64,000 nt of DNA, from positions 22,634-86,633 of the forward strand of contig NIVC01003635.1 of assembly GCA_002269645.1 (NCBI GenBank). The letters run 5' to 3'. Under the pieces are notes generated by a model. That model made no database searches, was not told the DNA's origin, and saw only the letters and a list, made by a program, of their open reading frames with translations. Of the stretch, positions 11,791 to 24,400 are shown one piece after another. Origin of the DNA: Macrostomum lignano. Lineage: Eukaryota. Every line of letters begins with the position of its first letter. The first letter of the stretch is position 1. The translations under genes and the position numbers were made by a program.

Positions 11791-13116
11791 TACTAGAGGC
11801 TTCTCTGGTTGTGTCATAAATCCGCTGACAAACATCTCTAGTTTCTTTCCTACTTCTTTTTTTGAGTTGATATTTTAGTGTAGGGCTCTAGGGCTCATGA
11901 CAGTTATGTCTATAAAAAATATTTTTTGTAGCTTTAATATAAGACAGAAAATCCTGTATCTTTCATACCACCATGGAGAAAAGTGAATTTTCAAAGCGTA
12001 CTATCATTTGGTCACTGTGGAAACAACAAAAGAAGCAGTTCCGACATCTTGCGCGAAATGCAACAAATATTCGGCGAAGATGCACCTTCCAAACAAACTG
12101 TGTCAAAGTGGGTCCAGCGCTTCGAGGCTGGCTGGGAGACTGTAGATGATGCTCCTCGCTCAGGTGCTCCACGAACGTCTACCACTGATGAAAACATCCA
12201 GCGGGTGCTGCACGCCCTGAATGATGATCGTCGCGTGGGCGTGACCCTTCGGCAACTTGAAGACTCTCTGGAGATACACATGAAGAGCATTCATTGCATC
12301 ATTGCTGATCATCTCAACATGACACGAGTTGTTGCTCGATGGGTCCCCAAACTCTTGACACCGGCCCAGCTGCAGGAGAGGGTCCGTATCTGCAACCAAC
12401 TTATGAATGCTTATCGAAACGAGCCGGACTTTCTTGGTCACCTATAGTGACTGGTGATGAATCATGGTTTCACACTACTACGAACCAGAGACCAAGCAGC
12501 AGAGTAGCGTATGGAAGGCACATGATGAAGCCCCACCTGTCGAGGCCAAGACTGTACAGTCTGCTGGGAAGCGCATGGCAACAGTCTTTTGGGACAGAGA
12601 AGGCATCTTGCTAATTGAATGACTACCGGAAGGAAGAACCATCAACGCTCAGTATTACTGTGAAATCATGGAGCAGCTGCATGAAAAGATCAAGATTGAG
12701 CACCGTGGAATGATCACTAGGGGCATATTGCTGCAGCATGACAATGCCAGGCCACATACCTGCAATGCAACTCTGGACACGATCAAGAGACTAGACTTTG
12801 AGCTTCTGCCGTACCCTGCCTATTCTCCTGACCTGGCCCCCAGTGACTACTGGTTGTTTTCTAAAATGAAAGAGCCACTTCGTGGTCACTGCTATGGAAG
12901 CCTTTCTGCTCTTGGCTCTGCGATCAACCAGTGGTTGCGAAGTGTCCCCAGAGAATTCTTCGCTCAGGGCATCAGCAAGCTGCCAGAAAGATGGCACAAA
13001 TGTGTTCAGCTCCGGGGTGACTATGTTGAGAAGTGTGACATTGATTATTAAGAGTTCCTGTTTTTACTTGTTTAATAGTTAAAATTTGTCAGCAAACTTA
13101 TGAGACAACCCTCGTA
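11791..13116 (+). mobile_element. Mariner (DD34D) DNA transposon, inactive
   Basis: Right TIR ...CAAACTTATGAGACAACCCTCG-TA; degenerate left TIR GGTTGTGTCATAAATCCGCTGACAAA; transposase inside. Confidence 0.88.
11973..13051 (+). pseudogene. Mariner transposase with frameshifts and a stop
   Basis: PRSGAP HTH linker, RWVPKLLT, IVTGDESW, LQHDNARPH, YSPDLAPSDY. Confidence 0.92.
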
Positions 13117-13898
13117 AATTTAAAAAACCTTACTACAGAAGGTAATAAAGTATTTTATAATACCTAATGACTGAAGAAGAGAATGCTGTCTGTTTGCGCA
13201 GGAAATTTTAACTTCGATCATTAATATAAAAATATTTTTATTCAGTAGCTTTTCGTTTTAGTTTGAGGACGTATAATCAATGTGTTAAAAATAAGTATAA
13301 AAAACAAAAACATTGTCAAAGCGAAAATTGACCTGTTGATGAGGACGCACTTTTTCCCAAATCCCGCGCTAGCACATGGGCTCTAAACTTACTTGCCTAC
13401 TAACAGTGGGCAAAGGGCATTTTTATCCCTTTTCTGCGAATTTCATAGAATCTATACTAGATATAATGTCTGGCCATACTAGTAGTCATAATAACATAGG
13501 CGCAGCTTTTTGGGTCATAAATCATCGCTTTCAAAGTTGGTCTGACAGCCACCTGCGCCTCACTCAGTGTTGAAGCGGGCGCCAGATGGTCTGAGAGGAT
13601 GCGGGCGGTAGCTTTTTTCTCATCATTTTGACAGGCCATCAAGATTTATGAGGTCAGAGCCTATTGTTCGTGTTCACTCAAGCGTGTGACAGCTTTGACA
13701 GCTATGCGTTTTACCCCTAAAAGTACCTTGGGATTAGCGATTAGCAATTTCTCTTCATTATCTTCACTTTCTATTTAATAAGAGCTTTCTAATGTATATT
13801 TTTTCATTAATTTCTGTCAATCCTACGCGAAAGGTCATAAATCATTTTGTTGCGATTTTGAGTGATTTATGGCCGCACCTGTCATCTTTTTACGACCC

Positions 13899-15295
13899 TG
13901 TAGGAACTGATAGGATCTCTCGGTCACGTGATTCTGGGTAGCAACAAGCTTAGCCAATCAGAAAATTCGGCGCTCATTTTAACAAAGCGGCTCAGCCAAT
14001 CAGAATCGACGTGTTCCATTATAACAAACTGCGGTCCAGTTGGCGGCTATTTAAACCGGAGTTTTTGGCCCGCTCGGACTCAACTTTGGCTCGGGCCCAG
14101 CGCGCAACTTCTGGTTCCCAGAGCACGACCGTCGTTTCTTGATCCCCGGATTGCGACTTCCCCCATCATCATCAAGGACGAGTCCCCCGGTCGACAGCAG
14201 CGAACATCCAGTTAAGAGCATCACCTGCTAGCTAACAGCGAAGATTGTGACAGCATCATTCCGAGTCTACAGCTGCAGAGCATCGAGCCGATTCGGTCAC
14301 TGTGGATTACCTGGTCTCCGGCTGTTGAGTTTCTGATTGGTTGGGTGAGAGGCTACCTGGACTTGCTTGATTGGGTGATCCCTTATCTGTCCCCTGTTTC
14401 AGTAGCTGGATTAGGCGCACACTTTTGCTCTTTTGTTCAGTAGTGCTGTTGCTGAGGCAGGAATCATTCAATAATACTGCTAGTAGTCTAAGACTCCAAT
14501 TCAGTCTAAAGTGTGAAGTGAACTAAGGAGAAGGTTAAATCTAACAGTTATTTTTATCGGTTTTATTTCTTTGTTCGCCGATGGCTCAGATGAGTAGCTA
14601 AGCTAGTAGGCGCCGGTCACAGTGGACCAATGGCAAGGCAGTTCTCAGTCGACCAATCTATCAAATCAGTGAGCAAAACTGCCAGAAGTGCAGAATCGGC
14701 GCCAGAGATGTACTTTGTGCACTCTAGGGTAGCCAAGCGGCTCGGGTAAATGAATCATGCGGTCTCTGAAGTTCGAGTTAGTCTATCATCAGCGCTATGA
14801 GAGGCTAGCTGGCGCGTTGAAGGCTAAAAGTACATATCTTCGTATTTAGCAATGTAATAGTACATGTAGCTACCCCATAGACTCGCCACCGCAAGAATCC
14901 CCTGCACAAGTCCCCTCTGTACCTGCATGGCCAACGCGATCTAGTCCCAGCAGTGTCCCTTATCATCGGCTATGACTTCGAGATTGACAGCAAAAAGACA
15001 CTAGTTGGCAGGTAAGTGCAAAGCCCCTTCTAGTCGGAAGCCCGATTTCGAGAGTCCCGGTGTGGTGAGCCAGGGCGCACGGGCTGGTGGCAGCAAGTTA
15101 GTTGATCTGCGGATTAGCTAATTTCTACTTTCAAAATTCTCCCTGCTCGTCTCTCGCTGTCCCTCTCTTAGCTATAGGACCTAGACTGCTCGCCACACGA
15201 TCAAGCTACCATGGGGCTGACCATCTGACAGGAGTGGGGGGCCAGGTCTCTAATTGATTTATTTCTGAGCCTGAGGCCCGAAGGCTTCCCTAACA
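13899..15295 (+). mobile_element. Putative solo LTR
   Basis: Begins TGTAGGAA, ends TTCCCTAACA; two AGCCAATCAG boxes and CTATTTAAA; no coding sequence; no TSD seen. Confidence 0.42.
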
Positions 15296-15585
15296 AGGAG
15301 CCCGAAGGTCGAAACCCATCACTGTTAGAAATATATATTTTCCAATCTATAACATTGTTAAACAAATTTACCAATCTAATAATTGATAAGCACAAATTTT
15401 AATTAGCATCATAAATAATAAAAAACTACCAACTACAAAAATTAACAGCCACATTTCTAGAGGGCGTCTCTATAGAGTTTTTAATCTCTGTAAGTCGCAT
15501 TATCTTCTGAATAAACAAATTTAATTGTTATTATGGAATAAATATAGGCAACGATTTTCACCTTCGAGTTTTTAGTTATCAAAAA

Positions 15586-16071
15586 TCACTTGCATAGGCA
15601 GCAGTACAGTAAAATAAGGCAGGCCACAAGGACCAAAAAGCCACCGCCACCTCCGGCGACTCCAATAATGATACTCATGCTTCCGGTAGAACTTTGAGGG
15701 CCAACGGTGCTTCTGGCATAACCATAACCGTAATTGCCGCTAGCATTGCGACTGTCCAGCTTCTTGAGCGGCCTTACAACCAGGCGACCTGCCGCAGTTG
15801 GCTTGGCTGGAACCTCAGCTGCCGCAGTTGGCTTGGCTGGAACTTCAGCTGCCGCAGTTGGCTTGGCTGGAACCTCAGCTGCCGCAGTTAGCTTGGCTGG
15901 AACCTCAGCTGCCGCAGTTGGCTTGGCTGGAACTTCAGCTGCCGCAGTTGGCTTGGCTGGAACCTCAGCTGCCGCAGTTGGCTTGGCTGGAACCTCAGCT
16001 GCCAGAAGCAGTTGAAGCAACAGCATTAGGCCGATTGGCAACCAACGATTGCGATGCTGTCTAGCGACCAT
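15586..16071 (-). CDS. EVPAK-repeat type I membrane protein, paralog 3 (7 units)
   Basis: MVARQHRNRWLPIGLMLLLQLLLAA, 7 x EVPAKPTAAA, distinct linker, TM MSIIIGVAGGGGGFLVLVACLILLY, tail CCLCK. Confidence 0.78.
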   Translation of the reverse strand: MVARQHRNRWLPIGLMLLLQLLLAAEVPAKPTAAAEVPAKPTAAAEVPAKPTAAAEVPAKLTAAAEVPAKPTAAAEVPAKPTAAAEVPAKPTAAGRLVVRPLKKLDSRNASGNYGYGYARSTVGPQSSTGSMSIIIGVAGGGGGFLVLVACLILLYCCLCK

Positions 16072-16191
16072 CTTCAAGGAATTCCCTAGTCTAGCTATAG
16101 CTGGTTACAACAATAGCAAGCAACAGAAGGTTCGGCTGACGCTTTCCAAGCGGTTTTATTAAAATTCATAAAACATTTCGTTTGAAGCATC

Positions 16192-16218
16192 GACTTATAT
16201 AGAAATTTAGCAACAAGG
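16192..16218 (-). promoter_or_regulatory. TATA-containing block upstream of paralog 3
   Basis: Plus strand GACTTATATAGAAATTTAGCAACAAGG, homologous to the other two. Confidence 0.5.
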
Positions 16219-16534
16219 ACGTTTTGAGAAGAATTTTTTAACCACTCTTGTCTCTTGCCTCCATCAGCAAGCCAACAACAGAATATTGTACGGTCAATTG
16301 TACAATTGTACTGTCAGGGAAGATTTTCGTGCAAAGCAAACAGAAATGCTTTGCAACCAAGTACATACTTTGCTACTTCTTTTCAGTAGTGAGCTCGAGA
16401 CATTATATTCATACTAGTTTCACAAAATTGGAAAATCCTAACATGTTTCAAGACTAGTACAGAAATGTTGAGGCTGAACAATGGCTGATCTCATTCAGTC
16501 TCAGTCTCTCAATCTCAATTACTGACTTCAGGGC

Positions 16535-18025
16535 ATCCTTAGCAACCCAGCACTGCAGGACATCCTTAGCAACACAGCACTGCAGGACATCCTTAGCAAC
16601 CCAGCACTGCAGGACATCCTTAGCAACACAGCACTACAGGACATCCTTAGCAACCATGAACTTCAGGACACCCTTAGCAATACAGCACTGCAGGACATCC
16701 TTGGCAACCATGAACTTCAGGACACCCTTAGCAACACAGCAGGACATCCTTAGCAACACAGCGCTGCAGGACATCCTTAGCAACACAGCACTGCAGGACA
16801 TCCTTAGCAATCCAGCACTGCAGGTCATCCTTAGCAACCCAGCACTGCAGGACATCCTTAGCAACCCAGCACTGCAGGACATCCTTAGCAACCATGAACT
16901 TCAGGACACCCTTAGCAACACAGCACTGCAGGACATCCTTAGCAACACAGCACAGCAGGATATCCTTAGCAACCCAGCATAGCAGGACATCCTTAGCAAC
17001 ACAGCATTGCAGGAAATCCTTAGCAGCACAGCGCTGCAGGACATCCTTAGCAACCCAGCACTGCAGGACATCCTTAGCAACCATGAACTTCAGGACACCC
17101 TTAGCAACACAGCAGGACATCCTTAGCAACACAGCACTGCAGGACATCCTTAGCAACACAGCACTGCAGGACATCCTTAGCAGCACAGCACTGCAGGACA
17201 TCCTTAGCAATCCAGCACTGCAGGTCATCCTTAGCAACCCAGCACTGCAGGACATCCTTAGCAACACAGCGCTGCAGGACATCCTTAGCAACACAGCACT
17301 GCAGGACATCCGTAGCAACACAGCACTGCAGGACATCCTTAGCAACACAGCACAGCAGGACATCCTTAGCAACCCAGCACAGCAGGACATCCTTAGCAAC
17401 ACAGCATTGCAGGAAATCCTTAGCAGCACAGCGCTGCAGGACATCCTTAGCAACCCAGCACTGCAGGACATCCTTAGCAACACAGCACTGCAGGTCATCC
17501 TTAGCAACCCAGCACTGCAGGACATCCTTAGCAAAGCAGGACATCCTTAGCAACACAGCACTGCAGGACATCCTTAGCAACCATGAACTTCAGGACACCC
17601 TTAGCAACACAGCAGGACATCCTTAGCAACACAGCACTGCAGGACATCCTTAGCAACCCAGCGCTGCAGGACATTCTTAGCAACACAGCATTGCAGGACA
17701 TCCTTCCTTAGCAACGCAGCACTGCAGGACATCCTTAGCAACCCAGCACTGCAGGACATCCTTCCTTAGCAACCCAGCACTGCAGGACATCCTTAGCAAC
17801 CCAGCACTGCAGGACATCCGTAGCAACACAGCACTGCAGGACATCCTTAGCAACACAGCACTGCAGGACATCCGTAGCAACACAGCACTGCAGGACATCC
17901 TTAGCAACACAGCACAGCAGGACATCCTTAGCAACCCAGCACAGCAGGACATCCTTAGCAACACAGCGCTGCAGGACATCCTTAGCAACACAGCACTGCA
18001 GGACATCCTTAGCAACACAGCATTT
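16535..18025. repeat. 27-bp minisatellite (CAGCACTGCAGGACATCCTTAGCAACA) with higher-order variant blocks
   Basis: About 55 units; recurring variant CATGAACTTCAGGACACCC. Confidence 0.95.
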
Positions 18026-19147
18026 GCTACTGGCAGATCCTTAGAGACTTTTAACACGATGTAATAAAATTATTTTTGCAACACAAAACAAAATATGTGT
18101 CGAATGCCTGAATATCCTCTAGCTGAACCCGAAGGCAGAATGTCTACTTTATACAAAGCAAATAATTAAACAACTAACCAATAGTTTCAATTTGCTTACA
18201 AACCATTTTTGAGATAGAAAAAATCACTGTGCAGTAAATGTACAGCAACACTGATATATAATGATAGAAGTAGTATAACACGCACGTATATTTATAATTT
18301 GTTTATTTACATAGACAAGGATAAGTGGACGCCTCTCTAACGCAATTATGCACGCACAGAAACATTTAGCGAGAGTAAAAAAAGTTATGACAACACAAAA
18401 GTACAAACAGAGTTAGCTAGAATATTTAGTTAGCAGATTAAAGCAGAGTTTGACAAGCTAAACATTATGATATAAAAAAGCTCAAATTGTTGTTCAAAGA
18501 ATTCAGAAAACAATGCGGATTAAACCGAGAGAGCTCTAATAAATAGATTTACATTATTCCCACTAAGTAAGAAAGTTCATTATTATATATTCCCTTCATA
18601 AAAAAAGTGAGCAGAGCACTGCTCAGACGAGGAAACGACAACCAGCTGCCTCAGCCGCAATAATACTCTCGATTTATTTTAGGTCACAACTTTTTTGTGG
18701 AATGAAATTTCCCGACGAGATGACACAAAATATATAGTTAGATTTGCTTTAACACGACGCACACAGATATACACAGACTATTGGCAAATTGAATTTTAAT
18801 TAAATTTTATTCATATTTTATAACAGAATAAAATTGTACTCTACAAAAGCAGCATTGAGGCTTTGCAGATGAGGAACAAAGACAACTGTTAGCGAATGAC
18901 AGAACCTGCAGTGTTACAAAATAGTATGCACAGTTAAGTGAGGCGACATGATAATCAAAATGCTCATACTCTATCTTAATGAATAATAAATATTTCAACC
19001 TTATTTAGACTGACCAACAAGCCCGATTGGTTGACTTCTTAACTGGGATAGATATGCATAATTATACTTAGATTTATAAAAAACGTTTGGATTTGGTTTT
19101 GAGGTCTAAACTCGACTCGGTTTGTGTACACTTTGTAGCTGATAGAT

Positions 19148-19178
19148 AACAGACAGACAGGCAAACAGACAGACAGAC

Positions 19179-19229
<51 letters not shown>

Positions 19230-19278
19230 CAGACAGACAGACGGACAGACAGACAGACAGGCAGGCAGACAGGCAGGC

Positions 19279-19363
<85 letters not shown>

Positions 19364-19462
19364 CAGACAAACGGACAGACAGACAGACAGACAGACAGAC
19401 CGACAGACAGACACACAGACAGACAGACGGACAGACAGACAGACACAGACAGAAAGACAGAC

Positions 19463-19503
<41 letters not shown>

Positions 19504-19512
19504 GACAGATAG
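19148..19512. repeat. (GACA)n microsatellite
   Basis: Direct reading; explains the SVCL ORFs. Confidence 0.97.
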
Positions 19513-19658
19513 ACAACAGAATAAAAATTTACATAGCACATTAAAATACACGACAAACAAGCAACACTGATTTGAATTAAACAAAACTCTAAAAATAACC
19601 TTAAGTCTCTACTGTCGGTAGGTCTCATTAGCACAGCAAAGTTAGTAGTATTGTGTTT

Positions 19659-20561
19659 TCAAATCGGTTTTCCAAAAGTGGAACCGAATGATGGCAGGCC
19701 GGAGTCGCCGCCGCCGATGCCCCAGTCGGCGTCAAGCGCCGACAAAGACTCCAAGATGTCGTCTGGCAGGTCCTGCTGATCAACGCCTGCTGACTGTTGC
19801 TGCTGATTGGATGAGAACTGATCGGCAGCTACGGCTGGTTGATAGTAGCCAGGCTGCATCTGAGGCTGATGGTTAATCTGAGCACCGCTTTGAGCACTCG
19901 GATAGGCTGTTGAATAATCAGCCGAGGATTGATGCTGGACATATTGCGGCTGATGAGGCGGAGGCTGCGACTGCCAGTTCATTTGCTGATGATGCTGCTG
20001 CTGATGCTGTTGCCACGGTTCCGGTTGAAACTGATGCATTGGCATCGGCTGCTGCTGATGGTAGGTTTGCTGATTGTAAGCTGGCTGATGAGGATGCTGA
20101 TGATGCTGATGAGGCTGATGAGGCATCATTGGCGATGGCATTGGCGACATAAAAGACTGCTGCTGCTGCTGAGGTGTTTGGGTGCTCGGCATAGGCTGCA
20201 TTGAGTAGCTTTGCTGCTGCTGCTGCTGCTGCTGCTGGGGATAAGGCTGATGTTGATGAAGCTGAAGCTGCTGATGCTGCTGAACAAACTGATGCTGAGG
20301 CGTCGGATGCTGCGCCACCAGCTGTGTTTGAGCGGGAGACCCGACAGTTGCTGGCGCCGGTGCCGCTGGCGAGACTGGTTGCTTTTTCTTGTGCGACTTT
20401 TTCTTAGCAGCAGCCCCTGCTGCCGCGGCTCCGGCGGCTGATTTTGAATTTCTTCGCTGCTGCTGCTGCGGCTGAGGCGTTGAAGGCGACGGCGCCGCCG
20501 ACGGCTTGCCAGCTGTTGACGATGACGAGGACCAGCGGCCGTTGCCGCTGCTGCTGAGTGC
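19659..20561 (-). CDS. RAD54L2: RAD54L2 exon 7 (Q/P/H-rich C-terminus)
   Basis: Acceptor CTAATCCAG|GCA, phase 0, 301 codons to TGA. Confidence 0.75.
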   Translation of the reverse strand, partial: ALSSSGNGRWSSSSSTAGKPSAAPSPSTPQPQQQQRRNSKSAAGAAAAGAAAKKKSHKKKQPVSPAAPAPATVGSPAQTQLVAQHPTPQHQFVQQHQQLQLHQHQPYPQQQQQQQQQSYSMQPMPSTQTPQQQQQSFMSPMPSPMMPHQPHQHHQHPHQPAYNQQTYHQQQPMPMHQFQPEPWQQHQQQHHQQMNWQSQPPPHQPQYVQHQSSADYSTAYPSAQSGAQINHQPQMQPGYYQPAVAADQFSSNQQQQSAGVDQQDLPDDILESLSALDADWGIGGGDSGLPSFGSTFGKPI

Positions 20562-21407
20562 CTGGATTAGACAGAGGGTGGTTACACTGTAGTATGGCCT
20601 TGGATGGGACTCTTGGCTTTGGAATTCCCATGGAAAAACCGTCACTGTACTCAGTCCAATGCGCAATGCCATTTCTGGCAAAAAAATTTTTCGGATAATC
20701 AGTAACGATATCTGTTAAAGGGATTCTAAAATCCAAGACGGAGGGAGGGTTCAAGAGGGAGCAATAGATGCAATGGAATCGAAGGGAATGCCAAAAACGG
20801 GGTTTACAAAAATTCACTGGCGCATTTCCACTGCCAGGATCAACTGCCAAACCTAACTCTAACCCTAACTATAAAATCTAACCTAACCCTATCCTTAACC
20901 TAAATCTAATATAACCTTAACCTAACCTTAAACTAAATCTAACCTTAACCTAAACCTAACCTTAAACTAAATCTAACCTTAACCTAAACCTAACTTAACC
21001 CTAACCTAAACCCTATCATAAAGATTTAATTCCTAATCTAAATCGACGTCAGTCAATTTTCGTTCTTTCTCCACAAAGCTATAGTTAAATGGAATCCAAA
21101 CGGATTGGGAATCCAGAGGAAATTAAACTGAATCCAAAGGGAATTCTGAAAAATGCACATCGTACTTAAAGAACAATTCCTAATACTCACCTGAGTCAAA
21201 CGACTCTCAGCCTCTGGCGAGCCCATTTCGGAAATACTGCGCACAAAATTGTCAATAAAATTATCAACAGAATCGCCGGAATTTGTTACTACCGAGGAAG
21301 GAGTAGCCGCTGTTGGAACTTGCTGAGCAGTTGCAGACAATTGAGAAGATAAGAACGTTTGAGACGGCTGAATAGGTTGAGGCTGCTGCTGCTGTTGTTG
21401 ATGTTGC

Positions 21408-21444
<37 letters not shown>

Positions 21445-24400
21445 GCAGCTGTTGCTGTTGTTGCAGCTGTTGTTGTTGCAGCTGTTGCTGTTGTTGTTGC
21501 TGTTGCTGCTGCTGTTGTTGTTGTTGTTGCAGCTGCTGTTGCAGTTGTTGCTGTTTCTGCTGCTGTTGTTGTTGTGGCTGTTGCTGCTGCTGCACCGGCC
21601 GCATTGTAACACCCAACGTCGACGGCCTATTACGGCCAGCAGCTGCGGCCATCTTCGCCGCGAACTCTTCCACCCTAGCGTTAGTAGCCGCAATGGCTTG
21701 AATATCGGAGGTGGATAATTGACGGGCTGGCAAACCGGCCCCAGTTGATGCTGTTGTCGATGTTGTTGCTGTTAAAGCAGCAGCAGAAGACTGCGACAGT
21801 TGCCTAGCTGGCAGCATCTGAGCGGAAGAATTGGCTCGCATCCCAGCCTGAGTAGTGATAGCCGGATTAACAGATTGAGCATCGGCAACAGTTGACGCAA
21901 CGGCAGTGACGGCGGAATTTGTCGTGGCAGTAATACTACTACTATTAGTACTAGTAGTAGCAGTAGCAGAAGATTTCGGTCTAACAGCGTACATTTTGCC
22001 ATTAGGCAATTGCATATAGGAAGCTGTACGACTTTTCAGCATAGTAACCGGGGTGCCTGCCGGAATGCGGGATTGAATAGGCTTGCCATCCATAGTGTTC
22101 ACGCCAGGCGGCGGCTTGCTGCACACAGTGATATCAGTGGTGACTACAATGTGCTCAATATTGAAGCCCTGCTGTTGCATAGAACGAAGAAAGGCGGCGC
22201 GTTTCTCGTATTGCATCTGCTGCTGCTGCTGCTGTTGTTGTTGAGCAGAGCTGAGCAACCGGTGCTGATGGAACTGCTGCTGACCCGGAGGTCCGCTGTT
22301 AATGAACCGACTCAGGTAGCTGCCACTGCCTCCGCTGCCATAGAAACCGGATTTAGTGAGCCCAGAGCTAGGAAAAGCTCTGGTGTCGATAATTGGGCCG
22401 TTGGTTGAGCCGCCGCTGGGCACATAGTGAGTAGAATAAGACTCTCGATAGGTCTGCCTACTAGACAGACCGCAGTGCATCTTGTCGCGTTCGTAAAATT
22501 CTCTGGCTTTACGCTTCTCGGCCCGGGTTAACTTAGCCTCCTGACGATCCAACAGCAGAGACTCGTGGGTGAAGGGCGCGTTAGTGAGCACCGCGCGGAT
22601 ACCGGATGTAGAGGAAGCTTCTTGAACGGCGGCGACTCCTGCGGCTTGGTCATCCTCGGCATCAGCGGAGCCGAGTAAAATTCGTTCGAGCATAAAGTCT
22701 GGCGACTCTTTGATAGCAGCCTGGAGAATATAGAGTTTGCATGTGGGTACATTAGCAAGCTGAAGGCATTGAGTCTGAAATTGTATCGGTGACCCACTAA
22801 AGGACCCACACGGATAAATCAGTGACCCACTAAAGACACCACAGGGATAAATCAGTGACCCACTAAAGACACCACACGGATAAATCAGTGACCCACTATA
22901 GACACCACAGGGATAAATCAGTGACCCACTAAAGACACCACAGGGATAAATCAGTGACCCACTAAAGACACCACAGGGATAAATCAGTGACCCACTAAAG
23001 ACACCACAGGGATAAATCAGTGACCCACTAAAGACACCACACGGATAAATCAGTGACCCACTAAAGGACCCACAGGGATAAATCAGTGACCCACTAAAGG
23101 ACCCACAGGGATAAATCAGTGACCCACTAAAGGACCCACAGGGATAAATCAGTGACCCACTAAAGGACCCACAGGGATAAATCAGTGACCCACTAAAGAC
23201 ACCACAGGGATAAATCAGTGACCCACTAAAGACACCACAGGGATAAATCAGTGACCCACTAAAGACACCACACGGATAAATCAGTGACCCACTAAAGGAC
23301 CCACAGGGATAAATCAGTGACCCACTAAAGGACCCACAGGGATAAATCAGTGACCCACTAAAGACACCACAGGGATAAATCAGTGACCCACTAAAGACAC
23401 GACACGGATAAATCAGTGACCCACTAAAGACACCACAGGGATAAATCAGTGACCCACTAAAGACACGACACGAATAAATCAGTGGCCCACATGGATAAAT
23501 CAGTGACCCACACGGATAAATCAGTGACCCACACGGATAAATCAGTGACCCACACGGATAAATCAGTGACCCACACGGATAAATCAGTGACCCACTAAAG
23601 ACACGACACGAATAAATCAGTGGCCCACATGGATAAATCAGTGACCCACACGGATAAATCAGTGACCCACACGGATAAATCAGTGACACACACTAAAGAC
23701 ACCACAGGGATAAATCAGTGACCCACTAAAGACACCACAGGGATAATCAGGGACCCACTAAAGACACCACCGAGATCCATCAGTAACCCAGTGAAGAACT
23801 CAGAGGAAAAGTCACAAAAAATACATGAAAAGAACATTACCTGAACAGCTTCTTGAGTTGGCGGCTTTAACTCAGCATCGCTAGGCCGATAGTCCATCAG
23901 CAGCATGACCTGTTGCCGGGTGAACTGACAATTCGGATTCATCTCGTCAACAATTCGATCAGCAACGCTCTGCTTGGATACTTGCCGATCGTAAATCTTT
24001 CTTTCCATAGTGTTGTCAGTGATTAGCCGGTAGATATAGCACGGCTTAACCTGGCCGTATCTATACACTCGGCACACGGCCTGACAATCGTGACAAGGAT
24101 TCCAAGAAGCGTCCATGACAACTACGCGATTAGCGCCAATCAGATTGATGCCCAAACAGCCGGCCCTGGTGCTGAGCAGGAAGAGTTTGGCTGAGCTGTC
24201 CGCTGAATTAAACGAATTAATCATCTTCTCGCGATCGCTGGCGGCTGTAGAACCGTCCAACCGAAAATAGGACACACCTTTGCACCATTTGATACCATCC
24301 TGCGATTCTGGATCTACTGGCCAGGTGCGCAAGAACTGCTCCAATAAGTCTAGAGTGAACAGCGACTGACTAAACACCAATAGTTTATCGTCGCGACTAA

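Noticed and set aside
16634-18057. Cys-rich or LQDILSNTA repeat ORFs as proteins
   Set aside because: 27-bp satellite with frame-breaking variants; single-copy and LINE-interrupted at the paralogous site.
19039-19634. SVCL-repeat ORFs
   Set aside because: (GACA)n microsatellite.
20850-21012. Telomere or chromosome fusion site
   Set aside because: Short, highly degenerate, intronic and shared with the dispersed copy at about 9090.
22721-23689. SLIYPCGVFSG repeats as the N-terminus of the 878-aa ORF
   Set aside because: Lies within GT-AG intron 5 of RAD54L2 (1120 nt, not a multiple of 3); the upstream exon frame stops inside it.
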